From positions 9,652 to 73,651 of the forward strand of contig JAZNAK010000030.1 of the NCBI GenBank assembly GCA_045586485.1: a DNA stretch of 64,000 nt, read 5' to 3'. The position numbers and the translations under genes were made by a program. Positions 36,412 through 47,064 of the stretch are shown here, one piece after another. Origin of the DNA: Faecousia sp. (GTDB lineage Bacteria; Bacillota; Clostridia; Oscillospirales; Oscillospiraceae). The number at the start of each line of letters is the position of its first letter. Positions within the stretch are counted from its first letter, which is position 1. A model generated the notes under the pieces. It was not told the origin of the DNA and did no database searches. It worked only from the letters and a program-made list of their open reading frames with translations.

Positions 36412-37299
36412 ATGAACACAGAGAAAGTATTTGCCCTGGGATTTTTCGACGGGGTGCATCTGGGCCACCAGGCGCTATTGGCTCAGTGCCGACGCCTGGC
36501 GGAGGAAAAAGGCTGCCAGGCGGCCGCAGTCACCTTTGATGTGACGCCGGCGTCTGTTTTCAGCGGCCAAAAACCCAATATGATCAACACCGCCGCTGAC
36601 CGTCTGCACCTGCTGGCGCAGTACGGTATGGCGTCTGTGGCTTTGTATCAAGCCGACCGGCAGACTCTCGGCATGCCCTGGCGTGTCTTTTTGGAGGAGC
36701 TGCTGGCAAAGGGCGGTGTGGGCTTCGTCTGCGGAGAGGATTTCCGCTTCGGCAAGGGCGGAGAGGGAAATGCAGAGGTCTTACAAGCCTTTTGCCGGGA
36801 GAAAAATCTGCCTTGTGTAGTCGTTGCTGAGCAGAAAATGGACGGCCGGCGGATCTCCTCCACCCGAATCCGCTGTCTTTTGGAAAACGGACAACCGGAG
36901 CAGGCCAACCGCCTGCTGGGTCACCCCCATATCCTCTCGGGGAGAGTGGTCAAAGGCAAGCAGCTGGGCCGCACCATGGGTTTCCCCACGGCCAATGTCC
37001 TTTTGCCCCCGGAGCTTCTCGTTCCCAAGGCCGGCGTGTACGCCTGCAAGGTAATTGCAGAGGGCCGGGAGTACTCCGCTGTGGTGAATGTGGGGATTTG
37101 CCCCACCGTTGGCGGGGAAGCAATCAAGGCGGAAGCCTTCTTGCTGGATTTTGACAGCGATCTGTACGGCAAAACCGTCACCATCGCCTTTTACAAGTTC
37201 CTGCGGCCGGAGAAAAAGTTCTCCTCCCTGGAGGAATTGCAAGCAGAAATTGCGAAAAATACCCTCCAGACCCGTATTTTCTTTGGAAAAAGTGAATAA
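36412..37299 (+). CDS. ribF: bifunctional riboflavin kinase/FAD synthetase
   Basis: GFFDGVHLGH, ISSTRIR, GRTMGFPTAN. Confidence 0.95.
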   Translation: MNTEKVFALGFFDGVHLGHQALLAQCRRLAEEKGCQAAAVTFDVTPASVFSGQKPNMINTAADRLHLLAQYGMASVALYQADRQTLGMPWRVFLEELLAKGGVGFVCGEDFRFGKGGEGNAEVLQAFCREKNLPCVVVAEQKMDGRRISSTRIRCLLENGQPEQANRLLGHPHILSGRVVKGKQLGRTMGFPTANVLLPPELLVPKAGVYACKVIAEGREYSAVVNVGICPTVGGEAIKAEAFLLDFDSDLYGKTVTIAFYKFLRPEKKFSSLEELQAEIAKNTLQTRIFFGKSE

Positions 37300-37363
37300 A
37301 AGTACTTTACTTTTGGGAAAACCTATGATATCATAGTCGGGCTGGCTATGCCCGGCGCAATAT

Positions 37364-37436
37364 TGATCCCGTTGCTCAGTGGTGGGAGAAACCCCAAAAG
37401 GGATTCCACTGGCCCTCTACTTGGCTTCCGGGAATT
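37364..37436 (+). ncRNA. putative ribosomal protein S15 leader
   Basis: structured 5' UTR of rpsO closed by a TCCCG/CGGGA stem, downstream of a TTTACT-17-TATCAT promoter; family assignment by position only. Confidence 0.5.
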
Positions 37437-37458
37437 ATTTTGAAAGGTGGAAAACACA

Positions 37459-37725
37459 ATGATCCTGAAGGAAAAAAAGACCCAGGTAATCCTGGAAAAC
37501 GCAACCCACGAAGGCGATACCGGTTCCCCCGAGGTCCAGGTTGCCATTCTGACCGCCCGTATCAACGAGCTGACTGACCATCTGCGTACCCACAAGCACG
37601 ATAACCACTCCCGTCGTGGCCTGCTGATGATGGTTGGTAAGCGCCGCAAGATGCTGGACTATCTGGCAAAGAAGGACATCAACCGCTACCGTGCTCTGAT
37701 CGCCAAGCTGGGTATCCGTAAGTAA
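37459..37725 (+). CDS. rpsO: 30S ribosomal protein S15
   Basis: [25 protein letters not shown]. Confidence 0.98.
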   Translation: MILKEKKTQVILENATHEGDTGSPEVQVAILTARINELTDHLRTHKHDNHSRRGLLMMVGKRRKMLDYLAKKDINRYRALIAKLGIRK

Positions 37726-37780
37726 GATATTTGCAGGGGCGACATCTGTCGCCCCTCTATTTCTTGCTTCACAACACAAC

Positions 37781-37857
37781 TGTCGGGAGAACCTTTAGCA
37801 ATTGAAAGAGCGGTCGAAGCATCGACATCCCTTTCAAGTGCTAAAACCTCCCGAACA
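37781..37857 (+). promoter_or_regulatory. long stem-loop in the pnp leader
   Basis: nested pairings TCGGGAG/CTCCCGA, TTTAGCA/TGCTAAA, TTGAAAG/CTTTCAA, GTCGA/TCGAC. Confidence 0.65.
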
Positions 37858-37883
37858 CAACTATTTTTACAGGAGGTACACCA

Positions 37884-40004
37884 ATGATTACTCGCAAACA
37901 GTTCCCTAACCACAAGGTTTTCGAGATGGAGATCGGCGGCCGTCCCTTTACCGTTGAGACCGGTAAGGTGGCTGAGCTGGCCAACGCTGAGTGCATCTGC
38001 CGCTACGGTGACACCGTGGTGCTGACCACCTGCACCTGCAATCCCATCCCCAAGTCCGGCATCGACTACTTCCCCCTGACCATCGAGTTCGAGGAGAGAA
38101 TGTACTCTGTCGGCCGCATCCCCGGCTCCTTTAACCGCCGGGAGGGCAAGCCCTCTGACCGGGGCATCCTGAACAGCCGTATCATCGACCGTCCCATGCG
38201 TCCTCTGTTCGATGAAGAGCTGCGCAACGACACCGTGGTCACCTGCACCGTGTTTGCCAATGACTACGAAAATCCCGTAGAGATCGTGGCATCCCTGGGC
38301 GCTTCCATTGCCACCGCGTCGAGTGATGTGCCCTGGAACGGACCTGTCGCCACCACCAACGTGGCTCACCTGGGTGACCGCTATATCATCAACCCCTCCG
38401 CTGAGGAGCGGGACGCCTGCGACTGCTTCGTGTGCATCGCCTCCACCTTCGAGAAGGTGGTCATGATCGAGACCGAAGCCAACGAGGCTCCCGAGGCCAT
38501 CGTGCTGGAGTCCATCCGCATCGCTCACGAGACCAACATGGAGATCGTGAAGTTCATCAACTCCATCGTCGCTGAGATCGGCAAGCCCAAGTTCACCTTC
38601 GAGAAGGCCGCTGTCAACCACGACCTGCTGGACGATCTGTGCGAATATGGCATGGATCAGATCGAGCACGCTCTGGACACCGACGACAAGAACGTCCGCG
38701 AGGAGCGCCTGACTGCCGCCCGTCTGGACTTTGCAGCCAAGTTTGCTGAGAAGTACGAGGACTTTGAGCAGCACATCGAGGTCTGCCTGTACAAGATGCA
38801 GAAAAAGGTCGTTAAGAAGTGGCTGCTGGCCGGCAAGCGCGTTGACGGCCGTGGCATGGACGACATCCGCCCCCTGGGCGCTGAGGTCGGCATCCTGCCC
38901 AGAGTGCACGGCAGCGGTCTGTTCTCCCGTGGCCAGACCCAGGTTCTGTCCATCTGCACCCTAAACACCCTGTCCGCAGCGCAGAAGCTGGACACCATTT
39001 ACCCCGAGGAGACTCGCCGGTATATCCACCACTACAACTTCCCCGCCTACTCCACCGGCGAGGCAAGAGCTGCCCGCTCCACCTCCCGTCGTGAGATCGG
39101 TCACGGCGCTTTGGCTGAGAAGGCTCTGCTGCCTGTGATCCCCTCCGTGGAAGAGTTCCCCTACGCCATCCGCGTGGTTTCCGAGGTCCTGTCCTCCAAC
39201 GGCTCTACCTCTCAGGGCTCTATCTGCGGCTCTACCCTGGCTCTGATGGACGCCGGCGTGCCCATCAAGCGCCCCGTTGCAGGTATCTCCTGCGGTCTGA
39301 TCTCCGATCAGGAGACCGGCGAGTGGAGAACCTTCACCGACATTCAGGGCGTGGAAGACTTCCACGGCGAAATGGACTTCAAGGTTGCCGGTACCACCGA
39401 AGGTGTCACCGCCATCCAGATGGACCTGAAGAACAAGGGTCTGACCATGGAGATCATTGCCGACGCTCTGGAGCGCTGCCGCAAGGCCCGTCTGGAGATC
39501 CTGGAAGAGATCATGCTTCCCTGCATCCCCGAGCCTCGCGCTGAGGTCTCTGAGTACGCTCCCAAGATGCTGAGCCTGAAGATTCCCGTGGACAAGATCC
39601 GCGAGGTCATCGGCTCCGGCGGCAAGACCATTCAGAAGATCTGCGCTGACACCGGCGCGAAGGTGGACATCGATGACGACGGCTCCGTCTTCATCTCCGC
39701 TGTGGATGCCGCCGCTGCTTACGCCGCCAAGAAGATGGTGGACGATATCTGCTTCGTTCCCGAGGTCGGCAAGCTGTACTACGGCAAGGTCGTCCGCATC
39801 CTGCCCATCGGCGCTTTCGTAGAGATCGCTCCCGGCCACGACGGCATGGTTCACATCTCCAAGCTGGAGAACCGCCGTGTGGAAAAGGTGGAAGATGTTC
39901 TGAACCTGGGCGATATGACCTGGGTGAAGTTCATGGGCTTCGACGAGAAGGGCCGCGCAAACTTCAGCCGCAAGGACGCTCTGAAGGAAATGGGCGAGCA
40001 GTAA
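37884..40004 (+). CDS. pnp: polyribonucleotide nucleotidyltransferase
   Basis: two RNase PH domains (RREG, RREIGHG, SNGSTS), KH and S1 domains. Confidence 0.97.
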   Translation: MITRKQFPNHKVFEMEIGGRPFTVETGKVAELANAECICRYGDTVVLTTCTCNPIPKSGIDYFPLTIEFEERMYSVGRIPGSFNRREGKPSDRGILNSRIIDRPMRPLFDEELRNDTVVTCTVFANDYENPVEIVASLGASIATASSDVPWNGPVATTNVAHLGDRYIINPSAEERDACDCFVCIASTFEKVVMIETEANEAPEAIVLESIRIAHETNMEIVKFINSIVAEIGKPKFTFEKAAVNHDLLDDLCEYGMDQIEHALDTDDKNVREERLTAARLDFAAKFAEKYEDFEQHIEVCLYKMQKKVVKKWLLAGKRVDGRGMDDIRPLGAEVGILPRVHGSGLFSRGQTQVLSICTLNTLSAAQKLDTIYPEETRRYIHHYNFPAYSTGEARAARSTSRREIGHGALAEKALLPVIPSVEEFPYAIRVVSEVLSSNGSTSQGSICGSTLALMDAGVPIKRPVAGISCGLISDQETGEWRTFTDIQGVEDFHGEMDFKVAGTTEGVTAIQMDLKNKGLTMEIIADALERCRKARLEILEEIMLPCIPEPRAEVSEYAPKMLSLKIPVDKIREVIGSGGKTIQKICADTGAKVDIDDDGSVFISAVDAAAAYAAKKMVDDICFVPEVGKLYYGKVVRILPIGAFVEIAPGHDGMVHISKLENRRVEKVEDVLNLGDMTWVKFMGFDEKGRANFSRKDALKEMGEQ

Positions 40005-40016
40005 TTCCAAAACAAA

Positions 40017-40047
40017 CACGCTCCGATTCTTTTGAATCGGAGCGTTT
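40017..40047. terminator. terminator between pnp and mnmG
   Basis: ACGCTCCGATTC-tttt-GAATCGGAGCGT. Confidence 0.75.
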
Positions 40048-40049
40048 CT

Positions 40050-41915
40050 TTATTTGTTCTGTTCCAGATAGATCAACAGCACCGCGATGTCCGCAGGGCT
40101 CACGCCGGAAATCCGGCTGGCCTGACCTAAGGACACCGGACGGATCTGCTGCAATTTTTGCCGGGCCTCCAGACGCAGGCCGGCGATCGTCTCGTAATCC
40201 AGATCCGGGGGCAGCAGCCGCGCCTCCTCTTTTTTAAAATCCGCCACCTGCTTTTCCTGCCGGGCAAGGTAGCCGGCGTATTTCACCTGGATCTCCACTT
40301 CCTCCGTCACCGCAGGCGGCAGCTCCAGACGATTGGCGTCAAAAGGCGCGATATCCTCGTAAGTCACCTGTGGGCGGCGGAGAAGATCGGCAAGGCGGGC
40401 GGAGTTTTCCACGGGAGTCGACTCCCGGAGAGCCAGCATTTCATTCAGCTCCTTGCTTGCCGGTACGCCGCTGCCTTCCAGCCGCTGGATCTCCCGGGCC
40501 ACGGCGGCGTACTTTTCTTCCACCTGCCGCAGTCGCTCCGGAGGAACAAGTCCCACGGCAGCGCCGATATGGGTCAGCCGCTGGTCGGCATTGTCCTGCC
40601 GATGAAGCAGGCGGTATTCCGACCGGCTGGTCATAATTCGGTAGGGTTCTTCCGTGCCCTTGGTCACCAAATCGTCGATGAGGGTGCCGATATAGCTGGT
40701 ATCCCGGGTGAGGATCAGGGGATCTTTCTCTTGGATCTTCAGCGCCGCGTTGATGCCGGCCACAAGACCCTGCACCGCCGCCTCCTCGTAGCCGGAGGAG
40801 CCGTTGAACTGGCCAGCGCCGTAAAGGCCGGAAATATGCTTATATTCTAATGTAGGAAGCAAACTGGTGGGGTCGATGCACTCGTACTCGATGGCGTAGG
40901 CCGGGCGCATCATCTCCGCGTTCTCAAGGCCCTCCACCGTACGGAGCATTTCCAGCTGCACATCCTCCGGCAGGCTGGAGGAGAAACCTTGAATATACAT
41001 CTCCTCCGTGTCCAGACCGCAGGGCTCAATGAAGAGCTGATGGCGGTTTTTATCTGCAAACCGGACGATCTTTGTCTCAATACTGGGGCAGTAGCGGGGG
41101 CCGACACCAGAGATGGTACCGTTGTACATAGGGCTGCGGTGGAGATTCTCCCGGATCACCCGGTGGGTCTCCTCGTTGGTGTAGGTCAGATAGCAGACGG
41201 CCTGGTTGTTCAGCCGGTGGGTGGTGCGGAACGAGAAGGGCTCGGGATCTTCGTCGCCGGGCTGCAGCTCCATTTTGGAGAAATCGATGCTCCGGCGGTT
41301 GACCCGGGGCGGTGTGCCGGTTTTGAATCGGCGCAAAGGCAGTCCCAGTTCCCGCAGATTGTCTGCCAGACCCACAGACGCGTGCATACCGTCCGGGCCG
41401 GCGGACTGGACGCACTCGCCGGTGATCACCGTGCTGTCCAGGTATGTGCCGGTGGCAATGATCACCGCCTTGGCGCCATAGGTCGCGCCCAACTGGGTGC
41501 GGACACCGGTGACCGCGCCGTTTTCCATCAGCACTTCCACTATCTGCGCCTGTTTTAACTGCAGATTTTCCTGCAGTTCCAGGGTGTGTTTCATATACTC
41601 CTGGTAGCGGCGGCGGTCTCCTTGGGCCCGGAGGGAGTGAACGGCAGGGCCTTTGCCCTTGTTCAGCATCCGGTACTGGATGCAGGCGGCGTCTGCCGCC
41701 AGGCCCATCTGTCCCCCTAACGCGTCAAGCTCCCGCACCAAATGGCCCTTGCCGGTACCGCCGATGGCCGGGTTGCAGGGCATATTGCCCACTGCATCCA
41801 GATTAATGGTAAAGAGGATCGTCTGCAGTCCCAGCCGGGCGGAAGAGAGCGCCGCTTCAATGCCTGCGTGGCCCGCGCCGATGACGACTACATCTGCGTT
41901 TCCTGCGTGGTACAT
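40050..41915 (-). CDS. mnmG: tRNA uridine 5-carboxymethylaminomethyl modification enzyme GidA
   Basis: [41 protein letters not shown]. Confidence 0.96.
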   Translation of the reverse strand: MYHAGNADVVVIGAGHAGIEAALSSARLGLQTILFTINLDAVGNMPCNPAIGGTGKGHLVRELDALGGQMGLAADAACIQYRMLNKGKGPAVHSLRAQGDRRRYQEYMKHTLELQENLQLKQAQIVEVLMENGAVTGVRTQLGATYGAKAVIIATGTYLDSTVITGECVQSAGPDGMHASVGLADNLRELGLPLRRFKTGTPPRVNRRSIDFSKMELQPGDEDPEPFSFRTTHRLNNQAVCYLTYTNEETHRVIRENLHRSPMYNGTISGVGPRYCPSIETKIVRFADKNRHQLFIEPCGLDTEEMYIQGFSSSLPEDVQLEMLRTVEGLENAEMMRPAYAIEYECIDPTSLLPTLEYKHISGLYGAGQFNGSSGYEEAAVQGLVAGINAALKIQEKDPLILTRDTSYIGTLIDDLVTKGTEEPYRIMTSRSEYRLLHRQDNADQRLTHIGAAVGLVPPERLRQVEEKYAAVAREIQRLEGSGVPASKELNEMLALRESTPVENSARLADLLRRPQVTYEDIAPFDANRLELPPAVTEEVEIQVKYAGYLARQEKQVADFKKEEARLLPPDLDYETIAGLRLEARQKLQQIRPVSLGQASRISGVSPADIAVLLIYLEQNK

Positions 41916-42589
41916 TCCGCACTCTCCTTCTTTTCCTCGGGGGGTAAAACAAAGCGCTTGCACACAACTTCGCACCGGTTGATGGGGGTGCCAAGAGCGT
42001 GGAACTTCTCTTCATAGCCGGTCATAATGCCAACGATGCCGTTTTCGTGGAGATTGTTGGTCAGGTTATTCACCTGCAGGCCGCAGGCGGCAAACTCCTC
42101 CACAGAAAAAGCAAACAAAGGCGCATTGTCGGTCTTAAAATGGATCTCGCCGCCCTCTTTCACGGTGCGGCAGTACTTATCCAGGAAGCTTCTGTGGGTC
42201 AGACGGCGCTTGGCGTTCTTCTTTCTGGGCCAGGGATCGGGGAAATTGATAAACAGCCGGTCCATTTCACCGGGAGCAAAGATCTCCTCAATGTTGGCAA
42301 CATCCATATCGATAAAGAACACATTGGTAAGGCCCATACTTTGCGCCTTTTCCATAGCCACCACCATAGCCTCTCGGCAGCGCTCCACCGCGATCAGCAA
42401 CACTTGGGGATTGGCTTCGGCAGTCTCGGCGGTGAACTTGCCCTTTCCGCAGCCCACTTCCACCCAAAGGGCAGCGCAATCGGCCTTCAAAGAGCGCCAT
42501 TTGCCCTTGAACTCCTCCGGGGTGGTGATGCGGTAGGCTGCCGTTGCGGCCATACGGCTTTCCAAGTTCTTCATTTTTCGCATTCTCAT
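41888..42589 (-). CDS. trmB: tRNA (guanine-N7)-methyltransferase
   Basis: [28 protein letters not shown]. Confidence 0.94.
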   Translation of the reverse strand: MRMRKMKNLESRMAATAAYRITTPEEFKGKWRSLKADCAALWVEVGCGKGKFTAETAEANPQVLLIAVERCREAMVVAMEKAQSMGLTNVFFIDMDVANIEEIFAPGEMDRLFINFPDPWPRKKNAKRRLTHRSFLDKYCRTVKEGGEIHFKTDNAPLFAFSVEEFAACGLQVNNLTNNLHENGIVGIMTGYEEKFHALGTPINRCEVVCKRFVLPPEEKKESAECTTQETQM

Positions 42590-42766
42590 AGGAAAAACCT
42601 CGCGATTTCCATAATTTCAGATATTAGTATAACAGAAAGCGTCTGCTTCGTCAAATCTCTGTTTGCAGGTAGATTTTTCTTGACTGTTGACTGCCGGTAT
42701 AGTAAAATTGTATTTGGAAGAACTTGATTTTCTAACAGTATTTTGTTTCTTTTTCGGAGGAAAATT

Positions 42767-43819
42767 ATGGATACAATCGGACACTTTTGGGGGCAGATGA
42801 CCCAAAACCCCCTGCTGTTTCTTGCCGTTGCCCTGACGCTGGGCGTCATTTTGGTCAACGGCTGGACGGACGCGCCCAACGCCATCGCCACCTGCGTGGT
42901 CACCCGGTGTATGTCCGCCAGATCCGCAATCATTATGGCAGCCATCTTCAATTTCCTGGGCGTGTACATTATGACCATGCTCAGCCCCAAGGTGGCAGAG
43001 ACCATTACCAAAATGGTGGACTTCGGTGACGATCCGGAGCGGGCCATCATCGCTCTGAGCGCGGCTATGTTCGCCATCGTCACCTGGGCGACCGCCGCTT
43101 TCGTCTTTGGCATTCCCACCAGTGAGAGCCACGCTCTGATCGCCGGTCTGTCCGGCTCTGCCATCGCCCTCAACGGCAGCTTTGCCGGTGTCAACGGCGG
43201 CGAGTGGGTGAAGGTGCTTTACGGCATCGTCATTTCCGTCTCCCTGGGCTTCGGCCTTGGCTGGCTGGTGTGCAAGCTGGTGACTGTCGCCTTTAAGAAG
43301 GTGGAACGGAGGAAGACCGAGCCGGTCTTCAGATACGCCCAGATCGCCGGCGCAGCTTACTCCGCCTTTATGCACGGCGCTCAGGACGGACAGAAGTTTA
43401 TGGGCATCATCATCTTCTGCTTCATTATGTCCCAGGGCAATATGAAGATCCCCGAAGGCACCACCCCGGAGACCTGGATCATGATCCTGTGCGCGGTCAT
43501 TATGTGTCTGGGCACCGCCATCGGCGGCAAGAAGATCATTAAATCCGTTGGTATGGATATGGTGAAGCTGGAAAAGTACCAAGGTTTCTCCGCAGACCTG
43601 TCCGCCTCCACGGCGCTGCTGCTTTGCTCCATTCTGGGTCTGCCCGTTTCCACCACCCACGCAAAGACCACCGCGATTATGGGCGTGGGCGCTGTGAAGA
43701 ATGTAAAGGCTATCAATTTCAGTGTGGTGAAGGAAATGTGCCTGACCTGGGTGCTGACCTTCCCCGGCTGCGGCTTGATTGGCTTTGTTATGACAAAACT
43801 TTTCCTGGCAATTTTCTAA
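42767..43819 (+). CDS. inorganic phosphate transporter (PiT family)
   Basis: NGWTDAPNAIAT, PTSESHA, HGAQDGQK, PVSTTH. Confidence 0.93.
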   Translation: MDTIGHFWGQMTQNPLLFLAVALTLGVILVNGWTDAPNAIATCVVTRCMSARSAIIMAAIFNFLGVYIMTMLSPKVAETITKMVDFGDDPERAIIALSAAMFAIVTWATAAFVFGIPTSESHALIAGLSGSAIALNGSFAGVNGGEWVKVLYGIVISVSLGFGLGWLVCKLVTVAFKKVERRKTEPVFRYAQIAGAAYSAFMHGAQDGQKFMGIIIFCFIMSQGNMKIPEGTTPETWIMILCAVIMCLGTAIGGKKIIKSVGMDMVKLEKYQGFSADLSASTALLLCSILGLPVSTTHAKTTAIMGVGAVKNVKAINFSVVKEMCLTWVLTFPGCGLIGFVMTKLFLAIF

Positions 43820-43840
43820 TGAAAGAAAGGACGATATATT

Positions 43841-44461
43841 ATGGCTAAATCCGACCGCTTCTATTTTGAAAACTTCACCGCTGCTGCCGAATACTGCAGC
43901 CAGGCCGCTGTCTACCTGCAGGAGTGCCTGACCAACTATGACTACGGAAATATCCAGGAAATGCTGGAGAAAATGCACGGCTTTGAGCACGCCGCTGACG
44001 GCGTTAAGCACGAGATGAACTCCGCTCTTGCCAAGGCATTCGTCACCCCCCTGGAGAGAGAGGATATGGCCCAGATCAGCGCCAACATCGACGAGGTCGC
44101 CGACTGCATTGAGGAAGTGCTGCAGCGCATTTATGTAGACCGTATTCAGGTGATCATGCCCGAGGCCATTACTTTTGCCGGCATGATCGTGGAAAGCTGC
44201 GAGCTGATGAAGCAGATGCTGGGCGAGCTGGTAAACTTCAAGAAGCCCAAGAAGCTCCACGAGATGATCATCAACCTGAGCCACAAGGAAGAGGAGTGCG
44301 ACCGGCTGTATCTGGAAGCCACTTTGAAGGCCGCCGATTACTCCAGCGATGTTCTCACCGTTCTGTTCTGGCGTGAGATCTTCGATAAGCTGGAAAAGTG
44401 CGCTGACGCCTGTGAACATGTTGGCGACAGCATCGAGACCATCGTGATGAAGAACAACTAA
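43841..44461 (+). CDS. DUF47 / PhoU-like phosphate transport regulator
   Basis: EHAAD, FVTPLERED, EEECD, LEKCADACE; paired with pit. Confidence 0.9.
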   Translation: MAKSDRFYFENFTAAAEYCSQAAVYLQECLTNYDYGNIQEMLEKMHGFEHAADGVKHEMNSALAKAFVTPLEREDMAQISANIDEVADCIEEVLQRIYVDRIQVIMPEAITFAGMIVESCELMKQMLGELVNFKKPKKLHEMIINLSHKEEECDRLYLEATLKAADYSSDVLTVLFWREIFDKLEKCADACEHVGDSIETIVMKNN

Positions 44462-44464
44462 ACA

Positions 44465-44543
44465 AAAAGAAGGCTCGTCAGAGCCTTCTTTTTTTGCCGA
44501 TACAAATTGCAATTTATCGGGGCGGTCTTACGACCGCCCCGAT
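44465..44543. terminator. terminator plus REP-like hairpin between convergent genes
   Basis: AAAAGAAGGCTC-gtca-GAGCCTTCTTTT and ATCGGGGCGGTC-ttac-GACCGCCCCGAT. Confidence 0.7.
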
Positions 44544-44572
44544 GAGGTATGATTGTGCAAGTTATGGGGGAA

Positions 44573-46012
44573 TTATGCTTCCGTTTGGTCAGTGCATTCG
44601 GGCATTTGGGGGATTTCCGGCAGCTTTTCGTTCTGCACGACCACAACGGGGGCATTGTCATTTGCCAGCTTGCCGCCCAAAACGCCCATGATCAGGCTCT
44701 TGATGTCGATACCCATACCGGCGCTGATACCCTCGGTGACCTGGGTGGTGCCGTTGACAATGTCGGAGATCAACTTGGCGCTGTTGCCCTCGCCGTACAT
44801 GGTGATCTTATCCACCTTGCTCAGGGGCTCTGCCACATTCTTGGCGATCTCGGGCAGGGCAGCCATGACCATTTCGATCACAGCGGCTTCGCCGTATTTC
44901 TTCATAGCCTCAGCCTTCCGGTCGATACCTTCGGCCTCTGCCAAGGCTTTCAGACGGATTGCCTCTGCCTCAGCTTCACCCACGGCGCGGATACCCTCCG
45001 CCTCCCGCTGGCGCTCGATCATCTGGGCCTCTGCTTCCTTAGTGCGGCGGAACAGCTCGGCTTCCGCCTGCTGCTGAGCGGCGTATCTCTCTGCATCTGC
45101 CTTGGCGCGGATCTCTGCATCCAGGGTCTGCTTGGTGACCTCGACTTCCTTGGCACGCAGTTCGGCGGTGCGCTCTGCACGGGCGATATCTGCGTTAGCG
45201 GAGGTGACTTCGATGGACTTTCTCTGCTGCTGCTCCTGAATGGAGTAGGCGGCGTCGGCCTCTGCCTTCTTCACATCGGACTGCTGCTTCAGCTCGGCCT
45301 GACGGATGGCAAGGGCGTTCTGCTTTTCCGCAATCTCCATTTCAGACTGGACCTTGGCATCGTTGGCTTCCTTGGCGGCCTGTGCCTGGGCGATGGCGAT
45401 GTCCCGTTCTGCCTGGGCCTTTGCCACGGCAGCGCCCTTCTTGATCTGGGAGATGTTGTCGATACCCAAGTCCTCGATGACGTTATTCTGGTCGGAGAAG
45501 GACTGGACGTTGAAGGAGATCATTTCCAGACCCATCTTCTGCAGGTCGGGGATGGCGTTTTCCTGTACCCGTTCGCCGAAGGCCTTGCGGTCGGTGACCA
45601 TCCCTTCCAGACGCATCTGGCCTACGATCTCACGCATATTGCCTTCCAAGGTGTCCTGCACCCGGCGGATGATCATTTCTTCGCTCTCGTTCAGGAAGAA
45701 CTTGGATGCCAGCGCCATCATTTCTGCGCTCTGACCAATACGGATCTTCACCGTAGCATCCACTTTTACGTTGATATACTCAGCGTTGGGGACAAAATCC
45801 GTTGTTTTTACGTCTACGGAGAACATTTTCAAGGAAAGCTTATCCAGTCGCTCCAGGAAGGGGATACGGACACCGGCCTTGCCGATGAGGATCCGGGGCT
45901 TGCGGAAACCGGAGATCATATAGGCGGTATCGGGGGGTGCTTTTACATAGCCAATGAGGATCATGGCGATAATGACACCGATAGGGACGACAATCCCAAA
46001 AAACAGTTCCAT
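44573..46012 (-). CDS. flotillin-family SPFH protein
   Basis: N-terminal TM, YVKAPPD, LEGNMREI, AEA-rich coiled coil, PLSKVDKI. Confidence 0.92.
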   Translation of the reverse strand: MELFFGIVVPIGVIIAMILIGYVKAPPDTAYMISGFRKPRILIGKAGVRIPFLERLDKLSLKMFSVDVKTTDFVPNAEYINVKVDATVKIRIGQSAEMMALASKFFLNESEEMIIRRVQDTLEGNMREIVGQMRLEGMVTDRKAFGERVQENAIPDLQKMGLEMISFNVQSFSDQNNVIEDLGIDNISQIKKGAAVAKAQAERDIAIAQAQAAKEANDAKVQSEMEIAEKQNALAIRQAELKQQSDVKKAEADAAYSIQEQQQRKSIEVTSANADIARAERTAELRAKEVEVTKQTLDAEIRAKADAERYAAQQQAEAELFRRTKEAEAQMIERQREAEGIRAVGEAEAEAIRLKALAEAEGIDRKAEAMKKYGEAAVIEMVMAALPEIAKNVAEPLSKVDKITMYGEGNSAKLISDIVNGTTQVTEGISAGMGIDIKSLIMGVLGGKLANDNAPVVVVQNEKLPEIPQMPECTDQTEA

Positions 46013-46086
46013 AGCGATATTCCTTTCTTGTTTGTATTATTTTTGTGAATTTTTCTTTATTACGTCATCCCGAATGGAATTACAAG

Positions 46087-46180
46087 GTAGGGGCGAACTG
46101 TGTTCGCCTGCGGGAGGCGAAACGCCTACCCTACATATTCTATCGTACATTTTTCGTAGGGGAGGGGATTCCCCTCCCGG
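46087..46180. repeat. cluster of GTAG-type REP-like hairpins
   Basis: GTAGGGGCGAACTGTGTTCGCC...GCCTACCCTAC and GTAGGGGAGGGGATTCCCCTCCC. Confidence 0.7.
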
Positions 46181-46185
46181 GATTT

Positions 46186-47058
46186 TTAATTGCCCATAAG
46201 GATCTGGGCCAGCTGGGAGTTGGCGTCCAGAATAATGGTCTTTTCACCCTCGCTGAGGCTCTGCTGCAGAGCGTCCAGCGCCAGAATGAACTCATAAAAG
46301 TCCTTCTTGTCCTGGGTGTCATAGGCTTCTGCCAGCAGACGCATATACTCTGCCTCGCCCTCGGCCTCCAGCTTTGCAGCCTCGGCCTGTGCATTGGAAA
46401 CCAGGATGTTGACCTGCTTATCCACATCGTTTCGGATGATGGAGGCCTCGTAATTGCCATCGGCGGTGTACTTGGCGCCCATCTGATTCCGCTCGGAGAT
46501 CATACGGGAGTAGACGGCGTTCAGGTTGGACTCGGGCAGGTCAAAGCGCTTGATCTTCACATCCAGCACATTGATGCCGTAGGTCTGCGCCTTTTCATTG
46601 ACGGTGGTGGCGATGCCGTCATAGATCTCATTCCGCAGGCCGCCGTCTTCCATATTGATAATGTCGGCCTGTGCCAGAGTACCCATGGCGTTCTTCAGGG
46701 CCGTATAGGTCTGATCGCTCAAGCGCTGCTCCGCGACAGTGGTATTGCCCAGGGTCTGATAGAACTTCAGAGGATCAGAGATCTCCCAAAGAACATAGCA
46801 GTCCACAGTCATATTCTGCTTATCCAGGGTGATGACCTCAGAAGGAGGAATATCATACAGCTGGGCTGCGCCGGAAAAGTACTTCACAGAGTGGAGAAAG
46901 GGCACTTTGAAATGCAGGCCCGGCTGGTCATTGGTGGCAACGATCTTGGAAAACTCCACCACGCAGGCATACTGATTCTCACGCACGGTATAGAAACTGT
47001 TGGCTGCAACGATCACCAGCAGCAACACGACGGCGACGATAATTACATACTTCTTCAT
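46186..47058 (-). CDS. hflC: FtsH protease modulator HflC
   Basis: PGLHFKVPF, DVKIKRFDLP, RMISER, FYEF. Confidence 0.9.
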   Translation of the reverse strand: MKKYVIIVAVVLLLVIVAANSFYTVRENQYACVVEFSKIVATNDQPGLHFKVPFLHSVKYFSGAAQLYDIPPSEVITLDKQNMTVDCYVLWEISDPLKFYQTLGNTTVAEQRLSDQTYTALKNAMGTLAQADIINMEDGGLRNEIYDGIATTVNEKAQTYGINVLDVKIKRFDLPESNLNAVYSRMISERNQMGAKYTADGNYEASIIRNDVDKQVNILVSNAQAEAAKLEAEGEAEYMRLLAEAYDTQDKKDFYEFILALDALQQSLSEGEKTIILDANSQLAQILMGN

Positions 47059-47064
47059 AACAGA

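Noticed and set aside
44535-44562. Degenerate copy of the hflC 3' end after flotillin (LAQSYLIG vs LAQILMG)
   Set aside because: Nucleotide similarity is too weak to support.
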